A stretch of 64,000 bases of DNA from Clostridia bacterium (GTDB lineage: Bacteria > Bacillota > Clostridia > Christensenellales > CAG-917), in contig JAVVSR010000002.1 of NCBI GenBank assembly GCA_036654095.1, positions 1,375-65,374 of the forward strand. The letters are read 5' to 3'. The position numbers were made by a program, and so were the translations under genes. The notes beneath the pieces are model-generated. The model saw only the letters and a list, made by a program, of their open reading frames with translations. It had not been told where the DNA came from and searched no databases. Below, piece after piece: positions 9,834 to 19,822 of the stretch (its first letter is position 1; every line of letters begins with the position of its first letter).

Positions 9834-11495
9834 TTAAGTATTAGCGCTTTCGCTTCCTTTGCGAATTTCTGTACGTTTAATTTTACCCGAAATAGTTTTT
9901 GGCAACTCCGAAACAAATTCAATCACACGCGGATATTTGTATGGCGCAGTTGCGTGCTTAACATAAGTTTGTATCTCTTTTTTCAACTCCTCAGTGCCTT
10001 CAACGCCCTTTATTAAAACTATTGTAGCCTTGACAATTTGGCCGCGCACAGGGTCAGGAACGCCTGTCACTGCGCACTCTAAAACGGAAGGATACTCCAT
10101 AATAACGCTTTCAATTTCAAACGGACCTATGCGATATCCCGACGATTTAATCAAGTCATCCGTTCTACCAACAAACCAATAATAGCCGTCCTCGTCAAAC
10201 CAAGCCATATCCCCCGTATGATAAACGCCATCATGAATAACAGCATTGGTATTTACCTCATCGTGATAATAACCTTTAAACAAACCGACAGGCGGAACAC
10301 TGACATCAATACAAACCTCGCCAACTTCACCGGCTACCGCCAAATTACCTTCGCTTGTAATTAGTCTAATTTTATATTGTGGGTTTGGTTTTCCCATTGA
10401 ACCGGGCTTACTTGTAGCGCCAATAAGGTTAGCAAGCGTTAAACTTGTTTCAGTCTGCCCAAAACCTTCCATAAGTTTTAGCCCAGTTGCATTTTGTAGT
10501 TGTTTAAAAACTTCAGGGTTTAAAGCCTCGCCTGCTGTTGTAACATATTGCAAACTTGATAAATCGTATTTAGATAAATCCTCTTTAATAAAAAATCTAT
10601 AAATTGTAGGTGGCGCGCAAAACGTTGTAATTCTATATTTTTGAATTAGTGTCAATAAATCGTCAGCATTAAATTTGGTAAAATCATAAACAAAAATTGG
10701 CGCAGATAAAATCCACTGACCATAGAGTTTTCCCCACAATGCTTTTCCCCACCCAGTATCGGCAACGGTAAGGTGTAATCCCTCAACATTGACATTATGC
10801 CACCATTTTGCGGTTGTAAAGTGCGCAATAGCGTAAGTATAGTCATGAATAGCTAGTTTAGGATAGCCCGTTGTTCCCGACGTAAAGAACATAACCATTG
10901 TGTCAGATTTTGAGGTGGCGTCATTCCCTTCTGGACGCAAAAAAGTCGACGAAAAAGTTGCCATTTCCGAATCAAAGTCACGCCAACCTTCACGTGAACA
11001 ACCTGTTATTACCTTGACTTTTACTTGCCCACAATCGGCAACGGCTTTTTCAACTTCTGTGGCGATTGTACCGCTGCTGCTACAAATTACAGCTTTCACT
11101 TCTGCCAAATTAATACGATATACTAAGTCCTTTTTCATAAGTTGGTCGGTGGCAGGTATTGCAACCGCGCCTAGCTTGTGCAACGCAAGTATTGAAAACC
11201 AAAATTGGTAATGACGCCGTAAAATTAACAATACTTTATCGCCTTTTTTTATACCTAACGATTTAAAATAATTTGCGGTCATCGAACTGTATTCCGAAAT
11301 ATCTTTAAAGGTAAATTTCCTTTCCGATTTATCATCAGCAATCCATATCATTGCTACTTTATTTGGCTTAACTTTGCCATAATAATCTATAATGTCAAAA
11401 GCAAAATTAAAATTTTCGGGTATATTAAACGATATATCCGTAAGATGACCAAATTCGTCGATAGTCTCCTTGATGTACTTTTCGTAAAGTTCCAT
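9834..11495 (-). CDS. AMP-forming acyl-CoA synthetase, medium-chain (ACSM/MacS-like) family
   Basis: AMP-binding motif FFTSGTTGYPK, GYYHDE...YHTGD, and C-terminal SGKIKR. The N-terminal region resembles medium-chain acyl-CoA synthetases. Confidence 0.8.
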   Translation of the reverse strand: MELYEKYIKETIDEFGHLTDISFNIPENFNFAFDIIDYYGKVKPNKVAMIWIADDKSERKFTFKDISEYSSMTANYFKSLGIKKGDKVLLILRRHYQFWFSILALHKLGAVAIPATDQLMKKDLVYRINLAEVKAVICSSSGTIATEVEKAVADCGQVKVKVITGCSREGWRDFDSEMATFSSTFLRPEGNDATSKSDTMVMFFTSGTTGYPKLAIHDYTYAIAHFTTAKWWHNVNVEGLHLTVADTGWGKALWGKLYGQWILSAPIFVYDFTKFNADDLLTLIQKYRITTFCAPPTIYRFFIKEDLSKYDLSSLQYVTTAGEALNPEVFKQLQNATGLKLMEGFGQTETSLTLANLIGATSKPGSMGKPNPQYKIRLITSEGNLAVAGEVGEVCIDVSVPPVGLFKGYYHDEVNTNAVIHDGVYHTGDMAWFDEDGYYWFVGRTDDLIKSSGYRIGPFEIESVIMEYPSVLECAVTGVPDPVRGQIVKATIVLIKGVEGTEELKKEIQTYVKHATAPYKYPRVIEFVSELPKTISGKIKRTEIRKGSESANT

Positions 11496-11553
11496 AGCAA
11501 TTACCTTTACCCTATTTTATTTGCTTAATACAAATTTCATTTAAATTTTGCAA

Positions 11554-11795
11554 TAAAAATGCTTCGTCTCCATAGAGACGAAGCATTAAACAACTCCGCG
11601 GTACCACTCTAATTGCTTGCACGCAAGCCACTTTGCCATATCCAACAATATGTTCCCTATAACGGGGGGCCCGTCTTGACTTAATAGTTTCCGTTCGGCC
11701 AAGCAACTGAAAGGTGATTAGATTTAAGCAAACCATTGTTTCGCACCAGCCAACAACTCTCTGAGATTTGTATTTAAATCACGTCCTTATAAACG
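11554..11795 (-). promoter_or_regulatory. T-box riboswitch leader (tRNA-sensing transcription attenuator)
   Basis: The minus strand carries the stem I AGAGAG bulge and CUGGUGCGAAA distal loop, and an F-box-like CCGUUA. The T-box sequence AAUUAGAGUGGUACCGCG lies at 11614-11597. Terminator AAUGCUUCGUCUC-uaug-GAGACGAAGCAUU plus a U-run lies at 11587-11554, immediately upstream of the synthetase RBS. Confidence 0.85.
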
Positions 11796-11868
11796 CCTTT
11801 AAATGGTATTCAATTTTACTTAGTGTTATTAAAACACATTTAAACAATTTTGTCAATTATTTTAACAA

Positions 11869-14184
11869 TTATTGCTCATCTTCCGAGGGATTATTATCGT
11901 CGTCGGAATAATAAGTATCGTTATCCTCTGAACCATCTGCCTCATAGGTTTCATAGTTTTCGTCAGGGCTAACGTTTTCATCATATGCTTGACCAACATC
12001 AGCGCTTTCGTCATCAGACAGTTGACCAGTAGCTTGAAGAGCTGCGCGCCTAGCATTGATAAGCCTTTCTAGTTTAGCAGGATTAGGCTTCCTTAAACCA
12101 ACAAACAACAAACTTCCAATAAACAAACTCGCCAAAACGATAGTCAAAATTAAAATTGTCATTTCCGTTGATGTTAAGCCTTTCTTTTTGTAGTTAATTT
12201 GAATATTTTGACTATCGATAATGTTAGAAACTGTAATAGTAGCAACCTTGTCATTATCAATTTTTTGTTCAAATCCGTTGACGAAAATAGACTCAATGAC
12301 ATAACCTTTGTTGGCCTTTACTATAATTTGTTGAGTCTGCCCGCTGTAAACTTTCGTCGCGCCCTCACACGTACCGCCTAAAGCAACATTTGACGAATAA
12401 ATAATATCGCATTTTTTAGGTTGGAATATTGCAACAAAACTTGCGCTTGCAGTGATATTTTCAACAGTAGTTACGCGTTCGGTTGTGATACGAATGCCGT
12501 CTTTTTCCCAAGCGATAAATTCATAGCCGTCGCTAGGATACGCGCCTAAAGTTGTTAATCCGCCAACGCTTATATCCGAACCGTTAGATGACGTAACTCC
12601 GCCCATACCTGAATTATTTGCCCTAACTGAAATTTTAATTTTAACAACAACTTCTTCCTCAATAGGAGGGGGGAGTTCGCTAATTTTTGCGCCTACAACC
12701 AACGATGACGAAACATTAAAAGACATTTGCCTTGAGCTTGAACTGCCAGCCATTCTATTTCCATTATTAGTCCAATAATCAAATTTCTTGCCTTCTAAAC
12801 CATCTTCTGCATAAGTCAAAGTCACCAACTCACCTATGGCATAAATATTGTTGCCCTTGGATGAAAGTGAAATTTTAATATTGCTGTCAGCCAAATTTTC
12901 TTTCACAATGGTAAATGTTTTAACAGATGCGATAGGCGTCAACACGACATCAGCATTAATAACAAATTCATAAACATCTTGATTGACTGCTGGTTTAACG
13001 ACGCCACCTACAACAACTTCCCAATGTTCAAAATTAAGTTTTTCCGAGCTAAACACAACTCTAACGGGCGTACCTTCAACGTATGTACCTGCGCCAGTTT
13101 TGTTATATTCAAATCCGCTGATGTTAGGAACATTGTTTATAGTAACAGTGTAGCGCTTCGTTGTAACGCTTATTGGCACAAATTCTGCTGATATTGTAAT
13201 ACTTTCCAATGAACCATCAATCGTAAATTGATAGCCTAACGGATTAGCGTTAGCAACTGGTTGACCGTTAATTAAAAGCTTAGAAAATTCAACTCCGCTA
13301 TCGCTTTTAGTTAAAACTTTTACAGTTATATTATCGCCCTTATAGTATGGAGCAGCGTGACTAAGTTCAATACTTCCATAAACTGGGTCGGGAGCAATTA
13401 CGTTGACCGAATACTCCTTACGTGTGCAAACAACAGGAATAGCGTTGTATTGTGGGTCAAAGTTTGAAATTGTATAAGTAAATTCATTTGCCGAACCGCT
13501 AACTTTAACCAAATTACCTAAAGACATTTTGATATTATTTAGGTCATAGCCTTCAGCAAGTGTAATTTTAACAACAACGTCATCACCCTTTTCAATATAT
13601 GCTTTTGTAAATTTCAACGTAGGATTATTAACGGATACTAACGGCCGTCCATTTATGGTATCAAAATAAGCGGTTGCGCCAACATCGGCATTAACCGACA
13701 CGACATACGCTTGATTTGTCACACAAAAATATATTTCATTGGTATTTTTAAAAGTATATGTAAATTCAAACTTAGTAATTAAACCTGTTTCAACTCCATT
13801 TTCAACGCCCATAATTTCTTTAGCAATTAAGCCAACATCGGGGCCATCTTTTGAGCCATTAGCCCACTTTACGAACTTTTTGTTGCCGGGTATCAATGTG
13901 AAAGTAACAGAACTGCCAACCGTTCCTGAAAATAGAATTGGATTGATAGAAGTCCCTTGTTCTGTTTTATACTTCGGCTGACCCAAAGCGTCTATGCCAT
14001 CTTGAAACACAATTTGCGCGTCGCTATCAAACTTTAACGTCAAGGTAGGATTTGCATTCGGAACAGGCGCGCCTTCTCCCGCGGCGTTAGCCTCAGTACG
14101 CGTGTCATTCGTTGCAAAAATTGAAAATGAAAACACTAACGCTAAGGTCAACATCACAACAATCAGTTTGGCATTTTTTTTCAT
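11869..14184 (-). CDS. cell-surface protein with Listeria/Bacteroides-type (InlB B-repeat-like) beta repeats, a C-terminal TM anchor and an acidic tail
   Basis: Signal peptide MKKNAKLIVVMLTLALVFSFSIFA. Recurrent x-F-x-x-W motifs (KFVKWANGS, FEHWEVV, FDYWTNNG, FIAWEKDG). TM segment ILILTIVLASLFIGSLLFVGL, then a D/E-rich tail. Confidence 0.55.
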   Translation of the reverse strand: MKKNAKLIVVMLTLALVFSFSIFATNDTRTEANAAGEGAPVPNANPTLTLKFDSDAQIVFQDGIDALGQPKYKTEQGTSINPILFSGTVGSSVTFTLIPGNKKFVKWANGSKDGPDVGLIAKEIMGVENGVETGLITKFEFTYTFKNTNEIYFCVTNQAYVVSVNADVGATAYFDTINGRPLVSVNNPTLKFTKAYIEKGDDVVVKITLAEGYDLNNIKMSLGNLVKVSGSANEFTYTISNFDPQYNAIPVVCTRKEYSVNVIAPDPVYGSIELSHAAPYYKGDNITVKVLTKSDSGVEFSKLLINGQPVANANPLGYQFTIDGSLESITISAEFVPISVTTKRYTVTINNVPNISGFEYNKTGAGTYVEGTPVRVVFSSEKLNFEHWEVVVGGVVKPAVNQDVYEFVINADVVLTPIASVKTFTIVKENLADSNIKISLSSKGNNIYAIGELVTLTYAEDGLEGKKFDYWTNNGNRMAGSSSSRQMSFNVSSSLVVGAKISELPPPIEEEVVVKIKISVRANNSGMGGVTSSNGSDISVGGLTTLGAYPSDGYEFIAWEKDGIRITTERVTTVENITASASFVAIFQPKKCDIIYSSNVALGGTCEGATKVYSGQTQQIIVKANKGYVIESIFVNGFEQKIDNDKVATITVSNIIDSQNIQINYKKKGLTSTEMTILILTIVLASLFIGSLLFVGLRKPNPAKLERLINARRAALQATGQLSDDESADVGQAYDENVSPDENYETYEADGSEDNDTYYSDDDNNPSEDEQ

Positions 14185-14311
14185 ACTTTACCCCTTTAAT
14201 ATACCTAATGCATAAGCATATACTTTATATTTATACATATTAGATTATAAAGTAAACATTAAACTATGTCAACTTATAATAAAAAAAATATGCAATTTTG
14301 AGCTTTTTAAG

Positions 14312-14344
14312 CAAAAAAAGTGCAAGTCCTAAGGGGCTTGCACT
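14312..14344 (-). terminator. rho-independent terminator of pck
   Basis: AGTGCAAG-10nt-CTTGCACT stem followed by a U-run on the minus strand (A-run 14313-14319), 14 nt after the stop. Confidence 0.7.
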
Positions 14345-14357
14345 CAAAATATGGTAA

Positions 14358-16133
14358 TTAATTTAATTTTGATTGAAGTGTATCAAGTTCAGTCGCAAGT
14401 TCTTTTGGAAGAGTAGCGCCGAACTTTTGATAAAATTCACCTATTCCAACAGCTTCTTTTTTCCAAGTTTCCTTATCTACTTTTAACAAACCTTTAAGTG
14501 TTTCATTATCAATAGAAAGGCCATTAACGTTTATATCTTCGGCCTTTGGAACATAGCCAATAGGTGTTTCAACTGCGTCAACAGAATCTTCACAGCGACG
14601 TAAAATCCAGTCAAGAACACGTAAATTGTCGCCAAATCCCGGCCAAATAAAGTGTCCCTCGTCATCGGTGCGGAACCAGTTGACGTTAAATATTTTAGGC
14701 TGATGCTTGATTTTTTTACCCATTTCAATCCAGTGCGCAAAGTAGTCGCCCATATTATATCCACAAAATGGTATCATCGCCATAGGGTCACGTCTGACTA
14801 CGCCAACTGCGCCTGATGCGGCGGCAGTCGTTTCAGATGCCATAATTGAACCTACAAATACACCATTGTTCCAATCATATGACTGATATACCAACGGCGT
14901 TGTTTGCGCGCGTCGGCCACCAAATACTATTGCGCTTATTGGAACGCCCTGTGGATTTTCAAATTCGGGGCTAATACACGGACAGTTGATTGCAGGAGCG
15001 GTAAAGCGACTATTTGGATGCGCTGCTTTCACAGGTTTTCCGTCGGCGTCTTTTGTATCGGGAGTCCACGGATTACCTTTCCAATCAATAAGTTCTTCAG
15101 GGGGCTGCTTTGTTAAGCCTTCCCACCAAACTGTATTGTCCTTAGGATTAATTGCAACGTTAGTAAAAATTGTGTTTTTACTAGTGCTTGCAAGCGCATT
15201 GAAATTTGATTTTTCATTAGTCCCGGGAGCTACTCCAAAGAAGCCAGCTTCGGGATTAATTGCGTACAACCGACCATCTGCGCCGACTCTAAGCCAAGCG
15301 ATATCGTCGCCAACCGTAAATACCTTGTAGCCTTTTTTTGTATAAACTTCAGGCGGAATAAGCATAGCAAGATTGGTTTTTCCACAAGCTGACGGAAATG
15401 CTGCTGTAATATATTTGGTTTCGCCATTTGGTTTTTGAACGCCTAAAATAAGCATATGTTCAGCCATCCAACCTTCGGTTTTGCCTTGATATGACGCAAT
15501 ACGCAACGCAAAGCACTTTTTACCTAATAAAACATTCCCACCGTATGCGCTGTTTACCGACCAGATTGCGTTATCTTCGGGGAATTGGCAAATATATCTG
15601 TTATTTTCGTCAACATTGCACTTTGCGTGAAAACCACGTACAAAGTCATTACTGTTGCTTAAAACATCTAACACTCTTGTGCCTACACGTGTCATTATTG
15701 ACATATTTAAAACAACGTAAATACTATCGGTAACTTCAATACCAATTTTCGCAAATGGAGAACCTACTGCTCCCATCGAAAATGGAATAACATACATTGC
15801 GCGCCCTTTCATTGAACCTCTTGCAATATCTTTTAACATAGCGTACATTTCTGAAGGTGCTTTCCAATTATTTGTAGGGCCTGCATCCTTTTCATTTCGC
15901 GAGCAAATAAACGTTCTGCCCTCAACGCGCGCCACGTCATTTGGCCTCGTGCGATGGTATAAACAACCTGGATATTTATCTTCGTTAAGTTTAATCATCT
16001 CGCCCGTAGAAATAGCTTCCTTTCGCAATAAATTAAGCTGAGCCTCGCTTCCATCAATCCAAATTACCTTATCGGGATTAGTCAACTGTCGGGACTCCTC
16101 AACAAACTGTAAAACCTTTGTGTTATTAGTCAT
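14358..16133 (-). CDS. pckG: phosphoenolpyruvate carboxykinase (GTP)
   Basis: 591 aa with the kinase-1a P-loop FPSACGKTNLAM and PEPCK-GTP blocks YGGNVLLGKKCFALR and GVAPGT. RBS AGGAGG. Confidence 0.9.
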   Translation of the reverse strand: MTNNTKVLQFVEESRQLTNPDKVIWIDGSEAQLNLLRKEAISTGEMIKLNEDKYPGCLYHRTRPNDVARVEGRTFICSRNEKDAGPTNNWKAPSEMYAMLKDIARGSMKGRAMYVIPFSMGAVGSPFAKIGIEVTDSIYVVLNMSIMTRVGTRVLDVLSNSNDFVRGFHAKCNVDENNRYICQFPEDNAIWSVNSAYGGNVLLGKKCFALRIASYQGKTEGWMAEHMLILGVQKPNGETKYITAAFPSACGKTNLAMLIPPEVYTKKGYKVFTVGDDIAWLRVGADGRLYAINPEAGFFGVAPGTNEKSNFNALASTSKNTIFTNVAINPKDNTVWWEGLTKQPPEELIDWKGNPWTPDTKDADGKPVKAAHPNSRFTAPAINCPCISPEFENPQGVPISAIVFGGRRAQTTPLVYQSYDWNNGVFVGSIMASETTAAASGAVGVVRRDPMAMIPFCGYNMGDYFAHWIEMGKKIKHQPKIFNVNWFRTDDEGHFIWPGFGDNLRVLDWILRRCEDSVDAVETPIGYVPKAEDINVNGLSIDNETLKGLLKVDKETWKKEAVGIGEFYQKFGATLPKELATELDTLQSKLN

Positions 16134-16453
16134 TGTATGCCTCCTAAATTTTTTTATATTTTACACAACTCATTAATGACCTTTATCATTAATAATTGTT
16201 TGCTATAAGAACAATTTGATACAAATAATATGCAATACTAGTAAATTTATAAATAAAAACTTTAACATCAAATCTATTGTACTAATATTTTATTGCCTAC
16301 ACTTTCAATTAAAATACATTATTATTAAAAAACTCTACCGACCGCCAAACGCGCTTAACCTATTTAAAGAATTTTGCTTATTTTTTAAGCGACAATTACG
16401 CTAAACAAGTTTTTAATAAACGCTTTCATTGTATATCTAATAAAACATTCAAA

Positions 16454-17773
16454 TTAATTGTTTACATAGTATTTTTTAAACTGAACATACGGTTCCGCAA
16501 TAAAGACGTCATCAGTTATTGTCGGAGTATTGTAGCCATCAATGATAATAAAGTTTTTGCCCATAAGTTTTGCCGAGTCTTCAAGCGGTGTCGACGCGCT
16601 TATGCAACATTCGTTTGTCCCTTGAATTTTCACTGGGTCATAGATAATTGACGACATAAACAGTTCCCTAACCGTGTTGTGAGCGCCTGTACCATAGCTA
16701 TTTAAAAATACAGGGCTATACATTGCCGACGCCACATACTTAACAACTTCATTAATGTTATCATTAAGGCCGTTTACCGTGCTGACTTCAGCATAAATAG
16801 AGTCCATTACCAAACCGCGTTTAGCCATTGCCTTTACACACTCAACGTATGTCTTGCCTTGACTGTTTTCTATAAGCTGTTTATTTGACCAAGCAATAGG
16901 CGTTTCGCTGTAATCGCCGCCGCCATACATCGCGATATATGAGTCCATATAAGTCAAGCGGTCGGGCATACATCTGCTTTCAATTTGACCAGCCAAATTA
17001 AGTTCGGTAAGTAAAAATATACCAGCTGTACACAGCACGCCACCCATACTGTGGCCTGCAATTCGAATTTCTTTGTTGCCCATAGTTTTTGGAAGAAGGT
17101 TCATTGCGCGAATATATTCCGCCGCGAAAAACTGAGCTATTGAATAATTTGACGCGTTTTCGTATGTAACTAAACTACCATTTACATTTTGTATAAAAGA
17201 TAGGCCACCCTCTTTAACACCCCAAATATTATTTGAGGATTCAACAGGTAACGAAACAATGTTTATTGTGTCAACAAAGTGTTCATAGTGAAAAATCCCA
17301 ACGTTATAACCCTTGTCTAGCCAAAACTTTGTTGAATAAAGTTTATCACCCTTTTGAAAAGTATTAGGAAAGTCAACTTCGTCGCCTAAAAAACCCAATT
17401 CAAAAGTTTCACGATAGTTCATTCTACCTAAGCCCGTCAGTACTCCGTGAACGAAAATTGCCGTCGGTTTATTGGTATCTATAATAGCCGCGCCAGCCTC
17501 TGTCCCCGAGTAATATTCTTCCATTAAACGAGTTTCATTATTATATTTCAACCACCACAACCCCTCGCCCTTAAGCGCAGGATAGGTTTCCGTATTTAAA
17601 AATACTTTTTTTGCATAATCTTCATAGCCTTTATCATTAACTAAACAGGTGTTTGGCTTAAACACTTTAAAATCAGGAGGAACAACCGAATCATCTTTCC
17701 CACAAGCGCCAAATATAAATATACAGCTACAAATTGAAACAACTATCATAAGTACAATTAAAAATTTCCTCAT
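16454..17773 (-). CDS. lipoprotein alpha/beta-hydrolase (lipase/esterase-like)
   Basis: Start moved to MRKFLIVLMIVVSICSCIFIFGAC (lipobox-like FGAC) behind RBS GAGGGAAG. Nucleophile elbow GHSMGG. Confidence 0.55.
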   Translation of the reverse strand: MRKFLIVLMIVVSICSCIFIFGACGKDDSVVPPDFKVFKPNTCLVNDKGYEDYAKKVFLNTETYPALKGEGLWWLKYNNETRLMEEYYSGTEAGAAIIDTNKPTAIFVHGVLTGLGRMNYRETFELGFLGDEVDFPNTFQKGDKLYSTKFWLDKGYNVGIFHYEHFVDTINIVSLPVESSNNIWGVKEGGLSFIQNVNGSLVTYENASNYSIAQFFAAEYIRAMNLLPKTMGNKEIRIAGHSMGGVLCTAGIFLLTELNLAGQIESRCMPDRLTYMDSYIAMYGGGDYSETPIAWSNKQLIENSQGKTYVECVKAMAKRGLVMDSIYAEVSTVNGLNDNINEVVKYVASAMYSPVFLNSYGTGAHNTVRELFMSSIIYDPVKIQGTNECCISASTPLEDSAKLMGKNFIIIDGYNTPTITDDVFIAEPYVQFKKYYVNN

Positions 17774-18233
17774 CAAACTTCCCTCATAAATATAGTACAA
17801 TAATGATACACCTCACGCGCGAGATATGTCAACTAATAAATTTGTTTCAGTAAAATTATCCAAAGATATTTTGATTATCTTAAAAATTTCCTATCAATTT
17901 AGCTGTTTTTTATAATTATTGCATTTCAATTTTCAAATTAACACCTGACGCCGCTCAATGCAAAATTAAAACATAAATTTGTTTTATATTCTAAGTTAAA
18001 TAATCTATTTAATTTTATCAAAATCGCATTGCGTTTAATAACTTAACCAAAAAAAACACCATTGTTTAATTTGAATTAAAACAAAATGATTTTTAGGCTA
18101 ACATCTTTTGCTAGCACATTTTAACTAAAAAAACCTAAAAAAATCGTTAATATTTTATTTCGTTTTCTATTTACCTTGATTTTAAAACAACAATGTATTA
18201 CAATAAATAAATAATGATTTTGGAGGAGCTTTT

Positions 18234-19679
18234 ATGATAGTATTATGGATTTTACTTGGACTATTGGGTCTATTGTTTATAATTATGCTTATACGCACAT
18301 TCTGCTGTAAACTTGTTGAATTACCTGCCGGCAAATATAGTGTACGCGAATTTGACAGCGACCTCATTGCAAAACATCTTTCTGAAGCCGTGCAAATACC
18401 AACCGTATCAATGACGGGGGATTATGTAGGGTTAGATAAACCATTTTATGATTATCACGCATTTCTTGAAAAAACCTATCCGCTTATTCATAAAACTGCC
18501 GAAAAAACAATAATTAATACGTACAGCTTGCTTTACTTATTTAAGGGTAAAGACAGTTTGTTAAAGCCAGGCCTGTTTTTAGCGCATCAAGACGTAGTGC
18601 CAGCCCCCGCAGATGGTTGGGAAGTCCCTCCGTTTAGTGGCGAGCTGAAAGATGGCTTTATTTACGGACGTGGCACACAAGATATGAAAGGCACACAAAT
18701 TTCATTGCTTGAAGGTATGGAAAAATTACTTTCTGAAGGTTTTATTCCCGAACGCGACATATATTTTGGGTTTGGTCACGACGAAGAAACCTTTACGACT
18801 GACGGCGCGCCTCAAATTATGGAGTGGCTTAAAGCTAAAAATATTGAACTTGAATTTGTTGTTGACGAAGGTGGAACGGTTATTGACGGACATATGATAG
18901 GTATGGATAAGTTTATTGGCCTAATTGGAATTTGTGAAAAAGGTCAAATAAATATGAAATTGTCAGTCGAAAAGTCTGGTGGACACGCGTCAAATCCATC
19001 AAAGCCGTCAGCGGCGGTCGTCTTAGCGAAAGCCTTAATTAAAATAGAAAAAAATCCTATGCCGTCAAAATGGACTAATGCAACAAAACAACTTTTTAAA
19101 ACACTCGCGCCGCATATGATGTTTCCTATTAAATTCGTGTTGGTAAACCGTGATATATTTAGCCCGCTTTTAAAATTTGTGTTTAAAAAAATTCCAATAG
19201 CAAACGCCTTAATATCTACAACCTTTGCGCAGACAATGCTTAAAGGTAGCGCCGCTGAAAACGTAATCCCCGCAAAAGTAGAAGCAAACATCAATACCCG
19301 CATAATTACAGGCGTCACTCGAAAAGAAGTTTTAACATATACTCAAAAATTAGTTGGCGAAAAAGTTAAGGTAGGCGGTTGGGACGGCACCGAGGCAACC
19401 CCCGAATCGCCAACAAATGTATCGGCTTATACCAATTTAAATGTTGCAATTAAACAGGTTTTCCCCGATATGATAACTGCGCCCTATATGTTTATTGCAA
19501 ACGATGACGCTCGTTACTTTTATCCTATTTGCAAAAATATATATCGTTTTACACCGTTCATAATGACGATGGAAGACCAAAAGCGTATACACGCAATTAA
19601 CGAACGAGTTTCGCCCGACGCAATGGTAAAAGCAACACAATTCTTTGTTCAGTGTATTGAACAAATGTCAAAAAAATAA
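18234..19679 (+). CDS. M20/M25/M40 family metallopeptidase with an N-terminal TM anchor
   Basis: Motifs LAHQDVVPA, GRGTQDMKG and GHDEE. RBS GGAGGAG. Confidence 0.75.
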   Translation: MIVLWILLGLLGLLFIIMLIRTFCCKLVELPAGKYSVREFDSDLIAKHLSEAVQIPTVSMTGDYVGLDKPFYDYHAFLEKTYPLIHKTAEKTIINTYSLLYLFKGKDSLLKPGLFLAHQDVVPAPADGWEVPPFSGELKDGFIYGRGTQDMKGTQISLLEGMEKLLSEGFIPERDIYFGFGHDEETFTTDGAPQIMEWLKAKNIELEFVVDEGGTVIDGHMIGMDKFIGLIGICEKGQINMKLSVEKSGGHASNPSKPSAAVVLAKALIKIEKNPMPSKWTNATKQLFKTLAPHMMFPIKFVLVNRDIFSPLLKFVFKKIPIANALISTTFAQTMLKGSAAENVIPAKVEANINTRIITGVTRKEVLTYTQKLVGEKVKVGGWDGTEATPESPTNVSAYTNLNVAIKQVFPDMITAPYMFIANDDARYFYPICKNIYRFTPFIMTMEDQKRIHAINERVSPDAMVKATQFFVQCIEQMSKK

Positions 19680-19782
19680 TTGTTGAATTTATTATTTAAA
19701 GTGTACGCTCGAAAATAAAATTTGACAATGCCAAAATATAGCTTGCAATAATTAGTAAAAAAATATTATGCCTATAATATAA

Positions 19783-19818
19783 AAACCCTCTGCTGTTAAA
19801 AACTGCAAAGGGTTTTTT
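19783..19818. terminator. bidirectional terminator
   Basis: AACCCTCTGC-11nt-GCAAAGGGTT (one mismatch) followed by T6. It lies between convergent genes. Confidence 0.6.
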
Positions 19819-19822
19819 AATA

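Noticed and set aside
11512-11736. 74-aa minus-strand ORF upstream of the acyl-CoA synthetase
   Set aside because: It lies entirely within the T-box leader and terminator, and the conserved RNA motifs explain the sequence.
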